From NCBI RefSeq assembly GCF_009914755.1, contig NC_060932.1: a stretch of DNA of 64,000 nucleotides, one strand, 5' to 3'. The notes beneath the pieces are model-generated. The model was given only the letters and a program-made list of their open reading frames with translations, was not told the origin of the DNA and ran no database searches. Below, one piece after another: positions 51,653 to 64,000 of this stretch. The DNA is from the human T2T-CHM13v2.0 reference genome, Homo sapiens. The position numbers and the translations under genes were made by a program. How positions within the stretch are numbered: position 1 is the first letter of the stretch; every line of letters starts with the position of its first letter.

Positions 51653-53037
51653 AAGGTTCCTAGCTGGAGTGTCTAGGATGAGGATACATGAGGAGTCATT
51701 ACTGGGCAGAGACGGCAGAGCAGGAGTGGGTGGGAAGGGGGACTTCAGGTGCCAGGTCATGGGGAAAACAGCTTGGCCACTCTGTTCAGTGGCTATTTTT
51801 AAGCCATCCAGAGCTGAGAAGCCTTTACCTGCTTTTCTTGATATTTTAAAGAACCGGAGAGCAATGGGGACTTCATGGTTATACCTGCCAGTAAGAGTTA
51901 TCATGGCCTCCCAGGAGCCACCATGTCTCACCCCTTCCTCCCAGGGACTCAGCTCCTCTTGATATTGACAGTGTGTTTACTCCTATGAAATGCAAGCCCT
52001 TCCAAAGGCCAGCTCTCTCTTCCCACCTCTGATTAATTAGGTTTCACAAGCACCAATAAGCCCTTGCCGAGAATCCCACATGTGGACAGGGTTCAGTGTA
52101 GAACAACTGACTTTTATTCAGGGCCTCTCAGATGCCACATACTTGGCCTATAAAATCCCAATTTAATCTCCACCATACTCTGCAGGGGGTATTGGCAGCG
52201 CAAGTGGAAAGGAGAGGAAACTGAGGCTCAGAAAAAAGGTGCCGAAGGTCACCAAGCAAGGGACAGAGCCAGATTCCATGAAGGACTCCAACACAGGACT
52301 ATGTGATACCAGAGTTTACACTCTCTCTGTCATACCACACTATCTCTAAGACATGGAATAACTCACATTGTTCCTTTTTCATCCTTCAGAATCCGTGCTT
52401 CTCCCCTTCAGTTTGAATATCCTCTCAATGCAATGCACAGGGAGGCCAACACAACCTGGAGGTGAAGGAGGTACAGCTGAGCCCCAACAGAGGGATGTTT
52501 CTAAAGCACAACTCACAAATCTCATCTTCCTGGTGGCAGGATTAAGACCTACCTTCTTCTCAATTTCAATCTAGTCTCTGCTCACTGTGCCCCTGTATCT
52601 TAAGCCCCTGGCTCCCATCCCTTCCACATCCTACCACATCAACCTCTTCTCCAATCCTTCTCCAAGTCTCTACACTTGGCCACAAAGCACCCGCCCCACC
52701 ATTGTCTACATGGTGACTCATGGGCCACCATCTGAGAGAACTTTGGGGATTCCCTTTTCCCACACAGTCATGCAGTGAATCAAACGTCACTTCACCTCTT
52801 GAGGAACTGTCCCTCTTCAGTGTCCATCTCACTCTCTAGACTGGGAATATTTACTTTGAATCACCTGCTCCTAGTATAATACCAACGAAGTTCCCAAAAA
52901 ATGCCACTGGAGGCATGTCTAAAATATAAAATTGGAAGGAATATTCATGCCAGTGCTCGCTAAATTAAAGCCACAGGACTATCTACAGTCAGACACATGT
53001 GGCCACCTTCTGGGTGAGTCTTTAGGCCAAATGCCAA

Positions 53038-54190
53038 ATCACCACCACCATCACCATCATCATCATCACCACCATCATCATCACCACTATCATCATTACC
53101 ATCACCACCATCATCATCATGACCATCATCACCACCACCATCACCACCACCACTGTCATCACCATCATCACCATCACCACCACCACCACCATCATCATCA
53201 CCACCACTGTCATCACCATCACCACCATCACCACCACCACCATCATCATCACTATCATCACCACCATCATCACCACCATCATCATCACCATCACCATAAC
53301 CACCACCACCATCCTCATCATCACCATCAGTATCACCACCATCATTATCACCATCATCACCACCACCATCATCACCACCAACACCATCATCATCATCACC
53401 ATCATCATCACCACCACTATCATCACCATCATCACCACCATCATCACCATCATCATCACCACCACCATCATCACCATCGTCATCACCACCACCATCATCA
53501 TCACCATAATCACCACCATCATCACCACCATCATCACACCACCAGTCATCACCATCACCACCATCACCATCACCACCACCACCACCATCACCACCATCAC
53601 CACCATCACCACCATCATCACCATAACCAACACCACCATCACCACCACCACCATCATCCTCACACCACCACTGTCATCATCACCACTGTCATCACCATCA
53701 CCACTACCACCACCACCATCATCACCACCATCACCACCATCATCACCATAACCAACATCACCATCACCACCACCACCACCATCCTCATCATCATCATCAC
53801 CACCACCACCATCATTATCACCATCATCATCACCACCACCACCACCATCTTCATCACCATCACCATCACCACCATCAGCAGTGGCAGCAGCACCACTATC
53901 ATCACCATCATATAACTACCACCATCATCACCACCATCATCATCATCAACTCCATCATCACCACTATCACCATCATCATCACCACCACCACCACCACTGT
54001 CATCATCACCACCATCATCACCATCCCCCCACCATCATCATCACCATCAGAACTACCACCATCATCATCACTACCACCATCATCATCATCACTACCAACA
54101 TCACCACCATCAGCAGCACCATTATCATCCCCATTACCACCATCATCATATCATCATCACCATCACCACCACCACCACCATCATTATCAT
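53038..54190. repeat. ~1.15-kb imperfect (CAC/CAT)n trinucleotide tract
   Basis: Directly visible. It is the source of the poly-His, poly-Thr/Ile and poly-Met/Val ORFs. Confidence 0.97.
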
Positions 54191-54661
54191 TGCATTAATT
54201 TTCTAGGGCTGTCATTAAAAAGTACCAAAATTGGATGGCTTAAAAGAACAGAAATTTATTCTCTCACAATTCAGGAGGCTAGAATTCCAAAATCAATATA
54301 TCAGCAGGGCCACACCCTCTCCGGTTCTTCTCAGAGAGAATCCTTCCTTGCCTCTTCCTGGCTTGTGGTGGTTGCCAGAAATCCTTTATGTTCCCTGAAT
54401 TGTAGCTGCATCACTGCAGTCACAGGGGTGTCTTCTCCCTGTGTGCCTTGACATCGTCTTCCCTCTGTGCATATCTGCCTCTAGGTCCTAATTTCCTTTA
54501 TAAGGACACCAGTCATTTTGGATCCAGGCTCGCCCTAATGACTTCATTTTAATTTTTGTTTCCTCTGTGGAGAGCTTATTTGTAAATAAAAACACAATCT
54601 GAGGTTTTGGGGGTTAGTACTTCAAGATATCTTTTGAAGGGACACAATTCAACCTGTAACA
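54191..54661 (-). mobile_element. MLT1B/C-like solo LTR
   Basis: tgcattaattttctagggctgtc...ggcttaaaagaacagaaatttattctctcaca...ggacacaattcaacctgtaaca. TSD-like atcat/gtcat. Confidence 0.85.
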
Positions 54662-56619
54662 GTCATCTTCATCACCACTGTCATCAGGATAGCTAACATT
54701 TCCTCTCCCCCTAGTTCCATGTGCCAGGCACCACTCTCACTGTTCTCCATGTCTCACTTTAGATAGTTCTCTTGACAAAACCTATGAGGCAAAAGTCTTA
54801 TTCTCTCCATTTGACAGGTAACAAAACTAAGGCTCAAAGAGGTTTGAAACTTGCTTACAGTCAGCAAGTAGCCAGTAAAAAGCCAAGTTAGGACCCACAC
54901 CTAAGTCCAGGATCCAAACTCTTACCAGCCATCCATACCACAGAAGCAGCGTTGTTTCTGGTGTATGATTACCCTCTGTAGACTCTGTTTCAGGTCCCAT
55001 GTGATTACCATCTGCAAACACTTAACACTATTACTTTCTTCAAGCTGGAAGTTTAAAATATCACTACTGAACTTAACTTACCCCAACCAACTTTCAACTT
55101 GTTCCAGAAGGAGAACACCCCCACTCCCCCGCAACACACACACGTTCTGTCCATTAAGATTCTTTGGGAAAAATGAGTTTTGAAGAATAACGCATGTATA
55201 CTTCGCTGACTAATTCATGTGGCCCTGCTTATGCAAACTCCTCAATTTGTTGTTCTCTATAATAGCTGCCTGGAGGGCAGCCTCCACTCATTTCATGATG
55301 ATACATCCCAGAGCCTGGGCAACGTGCCCCAGTAGATGGCTCCTGATTGCCCAGGAAGTTACAAGGTGGCCAATGGAAAGATCATCGGCTTGAAGTCAGG
55401 AAGCCTGAGACTAAGTCTTAGCTTCCGTTTCCTCCTCCAAATGAACTCCCCTGAGCACCAGGGCCCCGATCCTTCTGGACCTCAAAGACAACTCAAAAAA
55501 GCTTCTCGAATTTAGCAAAAGAGAGATTGTCAAACTCTCAGCTAAAAAGGAACAAAGGAATAATTCATTCATCAAACATGAATTAAGCATCTGGTCTACT
55601 ACAGGATGGGCAGTTTGCTAAGTGGATATGAAGGACTCACCAAGATGAATAAAATGGCAAGGAGGAAAGAAAACCTGTGTGTTTGTACGTACGTATGTGT
55701 TAGGATGGCACTTTAATGTATTTTTTTACTCACTCATCCCTCAGTAAGGCAAGTTATCTCCATTTCACAGCTGAAGAAATGAAGGTTTGGCAAGTTGGGT
55801 GACTTGTCTAAAGGCGTTCAGTGGGTAAGCAGAGAGCCAGGGCTGACCCTCGGTCTGAGCAGTTGAAACGTCCAGCTGCTTTCCTCTGACCCTGACCACC
55901 TGGGCATGGGGATGGAGACTGAAGCTTGTTAAGCAGGAAGGTGACCCAATCTGAAGTTTTAAGGAGATTTCCCTGAGGCAGCTCAGAGGATGGGCTGAGG
56001 GCAGTGAGGTAGGAGAGGGTTGGATGATTCCAGAGAAACCACCCAGAACACTGACCCGAGGCAGGAACTGTGGGATGGACAGAAGGGGCTGGACTGCAGA
56101 CACTGGGAAGGTGTATTCAGAATTGGTTTGGGTTGGAAGAAGAGCAAGAAAGAAAGACAATGAGTGACAGGCGTGAAGGGAGTCTTCTCTCTTCTCAAGC
56201 TCAGACCTAGAAAGCAAGGACTTCGGGAAAAACATGTCACAGCTCCACTTCCTGTTCCACTTAAGGAGCAGCCAAAGTGCTGCAGCTGTGGGAGGAGAAG
56301 ACCGGAGAGAAGGGAGGACATAGACTTGCGCCTCCCTCAGATAGTTTCCCACTGAAGCCAGGAACTGACCACTCTAAGGGACGCACACACTAGAAGAATC
56401 AGGAGGCTGAGGAGGTGACAATGTTTTGAGACATAGACATGACTCAGCCTTGCCAACTGGCCAGAAATCAGTGTCATGGCTCTCTCTCTTCCCCATCCCC
56501 CCTCCAAATGATCCCCATGCCAGCCAATCCTACTGCCTCCCCATCTTCCCTCCCAGACTCCTGTAAGAGCATCAGAGCTGGCCTTCCTGCTTCCAGACCC
56601 TGGCATCAACCACCTAATC

Positions 56620-57155
56620 TATTCAGTCCAATGTAGCCAGAGTCACCTTTCCAACAGGCAAGTATCACATGACCCCCCTGCCTTAAGCCTTCAGTGGTTC
56701 CTCAGCGGCTTCAAGATAAAGTTCAAGCTCCAGGATATGGCTCCTGCCTCCTGCTCTGACCTCAACACATCCTACCTCAAACGTTAGGTTCCAACCATAA
56801 CGAACCACTTGTAATTTCCAGCACATACTGTGCTATTGGTACCATTCACATCCTTGCTGAGGCTCCCTACACCTAGAATTTCCTTCCCTTCCTTCCATTC
56901 TTTACTGGCTGGTTCCTATTCGTTATTTAAGATTCGGCTCAAGGATTACACCTTGTAACAAGTCTTCTCTGACCCTCCCTGCAAGGTGGAGTCAGGCACC
57001 TCTTCCTAAGTGCCCATTACATGTTATGTTCCTGCAGGACCACACTAAACATGCTGGCTCATAATTATCTGGACATGTCTGGCCCCCATTCATATGAGAG
57101 GTTCCAGGATAGCAGAGTATGCAGCACAACAGCTGGCAAATGGTAGGCACTTAAT
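56620..57155 (+). mobile_element. L2 3' fragment
   Basis: gccagagtcacctttcc, cttcagtggttcc...aagataaagttcaagctcc, tggtaggcacttaata. Confidence 0.65.
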
Positions 57156-57157
57156 AC

Positions 57158-57580
57158 AGAAAGACAGAGACAGAAGGGGAAGAGTAGGGAGAGGTGAAGG
57201 AGGAAGAAGACGAGGAAAGGAGGAAAGGGAGGAGTAGGAGGGGGAAAGGGGGAAGATAAGGAGGGGGAAATGGCGAGGAGGAAGAGAGGAAGGGAGAGGA
57301 GGAGGAGGAAAGGAGGAAGGAGGAGGAGGGGGAAGAAGGGGAAGGGGAGGAAAGAAGGAGAGGGAGGAGAAAGGGGAAAATGGGGAGGAGAAGGAGGGGG
57401 AAAATGAGGTGGGGGAAGAGAGAGGAGGAAAGGAGGAGGGGGAGGGGGAAGGGGGAGGAAAGGGAAGAGGGGGAGAGGGAAGAGGAGGAAAGGAGGAAGA
57501 TGGGGGAACAGAGGCAGGAGGAGGGGAGGAGGGGAAAGGGGGAGAAGGGAGAGAGGGAGGAAGGGAGGTTGAGAAGAGGA
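57158..57580 (+). repeat. ~420-bp G/A polypurine low-complexity tract
   Basis: Almost exclusively G and A (ggaggaaaggaggag, ggggaagggg). Confidence 0.95.
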
Positions 57581-57884
57581 CGACAAATGTTACGGGTACT
57601 CAAAGAAGAAAATAATCACAATAGTAAAGACTGGGAAAGGCTTTTCAGAGATGGTGCACCTGAGCCATGCTTTAAATAATAAGTTGGGTTTTTGGCAGAT
57701 GGGGAAGGTAGGGAAAGGGCATTTTGGATGATGGGAACAGCAAGACTGTTAAAGTATAAAGGTTCTTCATTTTGGAAGAGAATTCAAACAGGGTGGTTGG
57801 CTAAAGCCTAGGGTGAATGAGGAAAGTGTAGTGAACCCAGAATCTTCTAGATGCCATGTGAGTTGTTCATCCCACTGTGCATTC

Positions 57885-58330
57885 ATTAAGGTGTTTTTTA
57901 GTTACAAATAACATAAAACTCCCATCAGAATAGTCTAAAGGTAGGTGCTTGGTGTCTCATTCCTTCCATTTTTCTGCTCTGACACCCTCAACACATCCTC
58001 CCTAAGCTAGGCTCCCTCATGGTCCCAAGATGGCTGCCACGGTTCCAGGTATCACATGCTAACCCCAGTACGTCCCACAAAAGAAGAGGGGCTTTTTCTT
58101 CCTACATGTCTCTTTTTAAGATGCAGAAAAATCTTTCTTCACCCCCACTGCCAGGCAATTTCCCTTCATATTTCACTGGCCAGAGCTCTGTCAGTTGCCC
58201 ACACCTAACCCAATCACTGCCAAGGGGAATAGGACCCAGTGATTCACCCACTGGAGGGTGGACATCTGAAGATCAATGTCCTGCCAGCAAAAGAGAAGGG
58301 GAAAAGATGTTGGGTAAGCAACCACTGTCT
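57885..58330 (-). mobile_element. Old MLT1 LTR
   Basis: ggctccctcatggtcccaagatggctgcc...tttcactggccagagctctgtca...cctaacccaatcactgccaagggga. Confidence 0.55.
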
Positions 58331-59397
58331 GCTACACCTGGTCGCTCACTCGCCCCCGCAGTATGCTGCTCAACAGAGTGTAGACTGCAAATATCCCACA
58401 TCTCCACCCTGCTGCCATTCTATTTTAGGGCTGAGGAAGTAACTGTCCTACGAGAGGAAACTTGCTAACAGCTATTATGGGAAGGTCTATAAACGACACC
58501 ATAGTTTGCTTTTCTAGATCAGGAGTTCTGTATCAGTGGAGGCATAGGAAGTAGCAGGGATGACTGCATTTCAGACAGAAGCCCCAAATGCCATTTTATT
58601 TTAACTAAGAGTTTCACCTTTCTCCTTGAACACATTTTCCTTAGACCTCCCCAAAAATAGCCAGCACATTCCTACCACAAAGCCTTCGATCCAGCTATTC
58701 TCAGCCTTGAATACCCTTCCCTTCTCTCCTCACTTAGGGAAATCCTGCCTATCTTGGAAGAGTAAAGCCCAGACACCTCTTTCACAAAGCTTTCTCTGAC
58801 TACCCCACTGGGAGGACTCTCTCCCTTCCCTATACAGCTATGACTGTTCCTTGGTAACTCTCCCATGCTGTTGAGTGACACTGGTGCCAAATTATTAACA
58901 GTTACATATCTTTCTCTTCTATTCAACTGGAAGGTATTCTAGCAGGTGGACTTTGATTTTTCATCTTCATATCCTAAGTGCTTGGCATATAGCAGGATAT
59001 GCAGGGAAATCTGTGCAATGAAAACTCTTAAAAGTGAATTCACTCTTTCATGCTTCTTCTCCCTACTGATCATGCAAATGAGAATTCTTATCTCATTTTG
59101 AAACCCACTAATTTTTGTTTAGTACCAGTTACGTGCCAGGCACTCGCTTAGCCACTTTCCTTATATATTGCTTTATTTGACACCCTTAAAAAACTGTGAG
59201 AGTTTTCACAATTTACAGACTAGAAAACTAAAGCTTAGGCAGGCTAAGAGAAAGGCTAAAAGCAGACTCTTCCAAGGCCACATGAAGAATTAAGGCGTGG
59301 AATTAAAATTCAAGTCTGTAGAGGCAATATTGTATCGTGGTCAAGAGTATGGGTATTGAACACAGATCGCCTTGCTTAAAATCTTGCCAATTACAAG

Positions 59398-59715
59398 GGC
59401 CAAGCATGGTGGCTCACACCTGCAATTCCAGCACTATGGAAGGCCAAGGCAGGTGGATCACTTGAGTCCAGGAGTTCGAGACCAACTTGGGCAACACAGC
59501 AAAACCCCATCTCTACTAAAAATACAAAAATTAACTGTGCCTGGTGGCGCACACCTGTGGCCCCAGCTATTAGGGAGGCTGAGGTGGGAGGATCACTTGA
59601 ACCTGGGAGGATTACTTGAACCTGGGATTGCAAGGATGCAGTGAGCTGCCATAGCGCCACTGCACTACAGCCTGGGAGACAGAGTGAGACCTTGTCTCAA
59701 AAAAGAAAAAAAAAA
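59398..59715 (+). mobile_element. AluJ in MIR, with internal 19-nt tandem duplication
   Basis: gggaggatcacttgaacct/gggaggattacttgaacct. aaaatcttgcca is present on both flanks. Confidence 0.88.
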
Positions 59716-61604
59716 TCTTGCCACTTACTAACTATATGACCTCAGGGAAGTTAGCTAGGCTCTGCGTATTTCAGGTTTGTCGTATATAAAATGGGAGTTA
59801 GAAATAGCGCCTATTTCATAGGGTTATTATGAGGATTAAATGAGCTCATAGAGGAAAACTGCTTACAACAGTAATGACACATATTAACGAGCAATACATA
59901 ATAGCTATCACTATTGATTCCAAGTCCAGTGGTTTTCCCACAGCATCATGACAAATGCTCCTACCCTCCACCCGCCAAGTCACCTTAGGCAGGAAAGAAT
60001 GACCTAGCCAAAGGACAGCCCACTGGAGGGGTCATGAGAACCACTGGCCAGAGGAGGAGCCGCAAAGAACAGTGGGTCAAAGATCACAAACGCAATGACA
60101 TGCAAAAATTCCATCCCAGAACGGCTCTCTGTGACGGCTCGGCCCATATTGATGAGGTCCTGAGGGAACTTCTAGGGGAAAGGATATCACATGAGACAGG
60201 AAGCAGGTCAGCTCCCCAGTGCCCAAATACTGACCATACACCGAACAATAGCCCCTTAGCTCGAACAAGCTTTGAAGACCTGAAATGCTTACAGCCCATC
60301 CCCTGAAAACCCAGTGCCCACAGTGATTACAGGGCGAGGTGAAGGAAGTTCCCAAGGCAAGATGGCTGCTAGAAGGCACGTTGGCTGCTGGAAGGCACGC
60401 TGTCCCATCGGCCTTGAAGACAAGACTGACCCCTTACCCCTCCGAGGCTCCTACACTTCCATACTCATTATCGCGCTGTAACCTGGCGGGGAGGGTGACT
60501 CAGGACAGAAGCTACCATCCCCTTTACGCAGGTGGGGAACTGAGGTCCACAGAGGATAAATGGCTACTATTTGAGGTCACATAACTAGTCAGTATCCATT
60601 CCAAACTAGAATTCAGGACTTCTGAGTCTCAATTCAGTGATATTCTTCAGCATCTTAGTAAGTCTTTTGCGTCAGCATGCGTATTCTTCAAGCACATGCA
60701 TTTTCTTTCTTTCTTCTGAAATGTTTATTGTCTTCCCTGTGCTAGACTTGGTGCTAGGCACTAGGGATTACAGAAATGATCAGGGCCCTACCACTGCCCT
60801 TGCACCTCCAGCAGGCACTGCAGCAGGTGAATGCACAGGACGCACTCAGTAAGTGCTTGCTGATATGAATCCAATTGTCTCATTACTAATGTTCTGTTAC
60901 AGATTTCAGTTCTTTCTCCAAAAAGGCAATTTTTACATTTTTATAAATGTTCTTTCTTTTCCTGGTCTGAAAAAGAAGACTGAATATTAAGCTAGCTGGT
61001 TGCAACTTGGTGTCTCCCAGAATTAGAGGAGAACTGAGACCCCTTTATAAAATCAGGACCCTCAAAGAGATCAAAATCTAAATGATTTGATCTCTAAAAT
61101 GAGGGCCTGAATTATTCCTCCCATCAGCCCAGAGAAATGGCAAGAAAGCAGGATCTGAGTAAGGAAAAAAGGCTTCCGTGCAGATTTTAAAGCCTCTGGG
61201 TGTGACTGTGGAATCCACCATACACCATTGGTCTGGGGTCAAAATATGGGCCCAGAAGCTCCCATAGAAACTTTTCCAGGACCCAGGAAACACTTAGGGC
61301 CTTTGCTGAAGCATAATACTGCTCTGTGGAGACATCTCTGCTACCCAAGATAGGTGGGGCTCTCCTGGGGCATGAGCCACTAAGCCCCCAAACCAGAAGA
61401 CACAACAAATGGGAGAACTGGCTCCTCTAGAACGAACCTAGAGCAATGTGAAAGAGAACATTAGTATATTTAAAATGAAGATATAAAACACAAAACAGAA
61501 ACCCTAAGGAAAGAAAAGGACCCAAGGATGGAAGGGCAGGCTGAACTGAAAGAGAACTAAGAATTTCTAAAAGTAAAATGTATAGTCATTAAAATTATAA
61601 ACTC

Positions 61605-62488
61605 TCACCTGTAATCCTAGTACTTTGGAAGGCTGAGACAGGAGGTCCGCTTGAAACTAGGAGTTTGGTTTCTTTTGAGACATGGTCTTGTTCTGCCACC
61701 CAGGCTGGAGTGCAGTGGCACAATCTTGGTTCACTGCAGCCTCGACCTCCCTGGGCTCAAACAATCCTCCCACGTCAGCCTCCCGAGTAGCTGGGACTAC
61801 AGGAGTGCACCACCATGTCTGGCTAATTTTTGTTATTTGTTTTTTGTTATTTTTGGAGAGGTGAGGTTTCACCATGTTGCCGAAGCTGGTCTCAAACTCC
61901 CGAGGCTCAAGCAATCCACCCGCCTTGGCCTCCCAAAGTGTTGGGCTTACATGCATGAGCCAGTGCACCTGGCCATTGAAGCCAGAAGTTTGAGACCATC
62001 CAAATATAAAAAATGAATAACCAGGCAAGGTGGCTCATGCTGGTAATCCCAGCAACTTGGGAGGCTGAGGCAGGAAGATCACTTGAGCCCTGGATTAGAG
62101 GCTGCAGTGTGCTATATTTGTGCCACTGCACTCCAGCTGGGGCAACACAGCAAGATCCTATCACTTAAAATAATAATAATATAAAAAATTAGGCTGGGAG
62201 TGGTGGCTTACTGTGATCCCAGCACTCTGGGAGGCTGAGGCAGGCGGATTACCTAAGGTCAGGAGTTCAAGACTAGCCTGGCCAACATGGTGAAACCCCA
62301 TCTCTACAAAATACAAAAATTAGCCAGGCGTGGTGGAACATGCCTGTAATCCCAGCTACTCAGGAGGCTAAGGCAGGAGAATCACTTGAACCCGGGAGGG
62401 AGCAGTTGCAGTGAGCCAAAATCACACCACTGCACTCCAGCCTAGGCGACAGAGCAAGATTTCATCTCAAAAAAAAAAAAAAAAAAAT
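61605..62488. mobile_element. AluJ (+, 61605-62175) interrupted by inverted AluJ (-, 61667-61975), followed by AluS (+, 62191-62488)
   Basis: The host reads ...gcttgaaactaggagtttg [inverted Alu] gaagccagaagtttgagacc..., which is a decayed TSD. Confidence 0.85.
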
Positions 62489-64000
62489 TAAAAATTAAAA
62501 CTCGATGAAAAAAGTTCAACAAATGTGGTAACACAGCTAAGCAGCTGAAGCCAATATACCTGACTCAGCCCCCTTGTTCAGTGCCTGTCATTTGCTGGGC
62601 ACTGTGCTGGGCACAAAGGGCCAAGAGGAATAACATAGAGTCCCAGTTCCCAATCCCCTTCAAGATGCCCCAGCTCACAGGTGAGGAACTATATGAGCAA
62701 ACACATTTCCCTGCAAGACAGCTGTAATAACGGCTACCATCTACGAGACCCTTGTGCTGGCTGCTTTTCTTACATTATCTCAGTTAAGTCAGTATGGTCA
62801 GTGCAAAAGAGAAGGACAGGTGGTGACTACAGTAGACCCCAGAATCTTCTGGTTTTCCCACCCACCGACCATTCCACTGAGCCATCCTGCATCCCCCAAG
62901 GTCTCAGGAGAGAACAACTATAATGGAATGCCTGGGCACCCTTTTTACATTTCTACTCAAAAGGAAATTATTTAGATAGATAGACTAACTACAATGAAAT
63001 AGGCACACAGTGTTGTTACACACAGGACAAGTTTTTACAGAGGCAGAAGCCTTGACCAAAAATTCATGATTGGTTTTGAAAGAGGAAATGTCAACATCCC
63101 CCAGAAGCCGCGGGTGGGCGCTGTCTTGACGCCCTTCTTCCTGTTGTGCCCACGGCTGATCCTCCCCAGCTGGCTTCTGCGTAACTCCCACCACAGCTGG
63201 GGAAGTACTGACAGGCACTCTTCTTTATCCCAAACCAGGCTCCAACCAGGATCCCGCCACTGGAGGGACATACTTACTTTTGTTTTCCTAACTCTGTGCA
63301 CCTTCGCACTTCCTGACTTAGGGCAGTGAAGGAAGAGGAAACACCAAAAATATTACAAGACAAGCTTAGTTTGTGGCATTTCCAAGAGATGGGAGCTGAA
63401 GGGGCTGGCAGGGTGACCCCAGGCAGCAGACGCCCTCAGTCGCTTTGTAACTCAGCTCGTCGGTGGCCAAGAGAGCTCATGTGCCTCTCCAAAGTGCTTA
63501 AGGTCTCAAGAAACCGTCTGTTTCTGGGGAGGATCTGGGACAGGAGCCCATTTTCTCTAAATAACTGAGAGGACTTCAGAAATCTGGTATTAATTACCCC
63601 TCGCAGCAACGTGGCTACACAGCACATCATGGTGTGTTTCCTTTACTCTCAGAAGATGGGGCCACCAGTGCGCCAGGCCCTCCAGTTGCTTCTTCCCCTA
63701 AGGACTCAGACGGATCTGTCCTAATCGAACCACACACTCCCTCCTGACCTCTCCTGGGGCCAATGGCCTGCTCTGGGAACAGGGCTGGCTGAGGTTAGGG
63801 ACCTGGCTGCAGCTTTGGAACAAGGTTTTAGCCATACAAAAGGAACAACTGTAGGGATGCGTGCTGTGCTAGGAAATGGACTGGGGGCAGACTCTGAAGT
63901 CAGAGGACCCAGCTCACACCCTGCCCATCCCTTCCTGGGAGAGGACTTGGGGTACGAGGCGGGGAGCTGGTAGAGGGTTTGCATGGGTTGGTAAATTTAA

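Noticed and set aside
52932-54198. 327-aa His-rich, 213-aa Met/Val and Thr/Ile ORFs
   Set aside because: These are translations of the (CAC/CAT)n tract, which lacks stops by composition. There is no domain or splice support.
55765-56352. 195-aa minus-strand ORF
   Set aside because: It ends in a MIR, has no recognisable domain, and is not ASAP1 sequence.
57065-57679. Pro/Leu/Phe-rich and Gly/Glu/Arg-rich ORFs
   Set aside because: They are translations of the polypurine tract.
63270-63560. Minus-strand AAA|GTAAGT donor near ETS-like motifs as another alternative first exon
   Set aside because: A single donor and short motifs are not enough support without transcript data.

Overview
Primate, almost certainly human, genomic DNA that is Alu-rich and mostly made of interspersed repeats. 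The whole window lies inside the 5' part of ASAP1 (ArfGAP with SH3, ankyrin repeat and PH domain 1; human 8q24) on the minus strand. The only coding sequence I can support is one 86-nt exon at 26528-26613. It has 27 nt of 5'UTR plus 59 coding nt (MRSSASRLSSFSSRDSLWN-R), canonical CAG| and |GTGAGT splice sites, and is not in the ORF track. The rest is intron: about 35 Alu pieces, L1/L2/MIR fragments, MaLR/ERVL/ERVK LTRs, DNA-transposon fossils and large simple repeats. The long ORFs in the track are repeat artefacts. I find no new multi-gene system. The best observations are: a 39-nt tailless 5S rRNA retrocopy with a 17-18 bp TSD; a probable intronic alternative promoter/first exon (ETS-CRE, RFX X-box, perfect donor); a start-stop uORF just before the ASAP1 ATG; a MER11 solo LTR inside an Alu; a perfect 100-bp tandem duplication; a 212-bp locally templated insertion into a MIR; and a 1.15-kb (CAC/CAT)n tract. 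Repeat family names come from recalled consensus motifs, and repeat boundaries are approximate unless a TSD is quoted.
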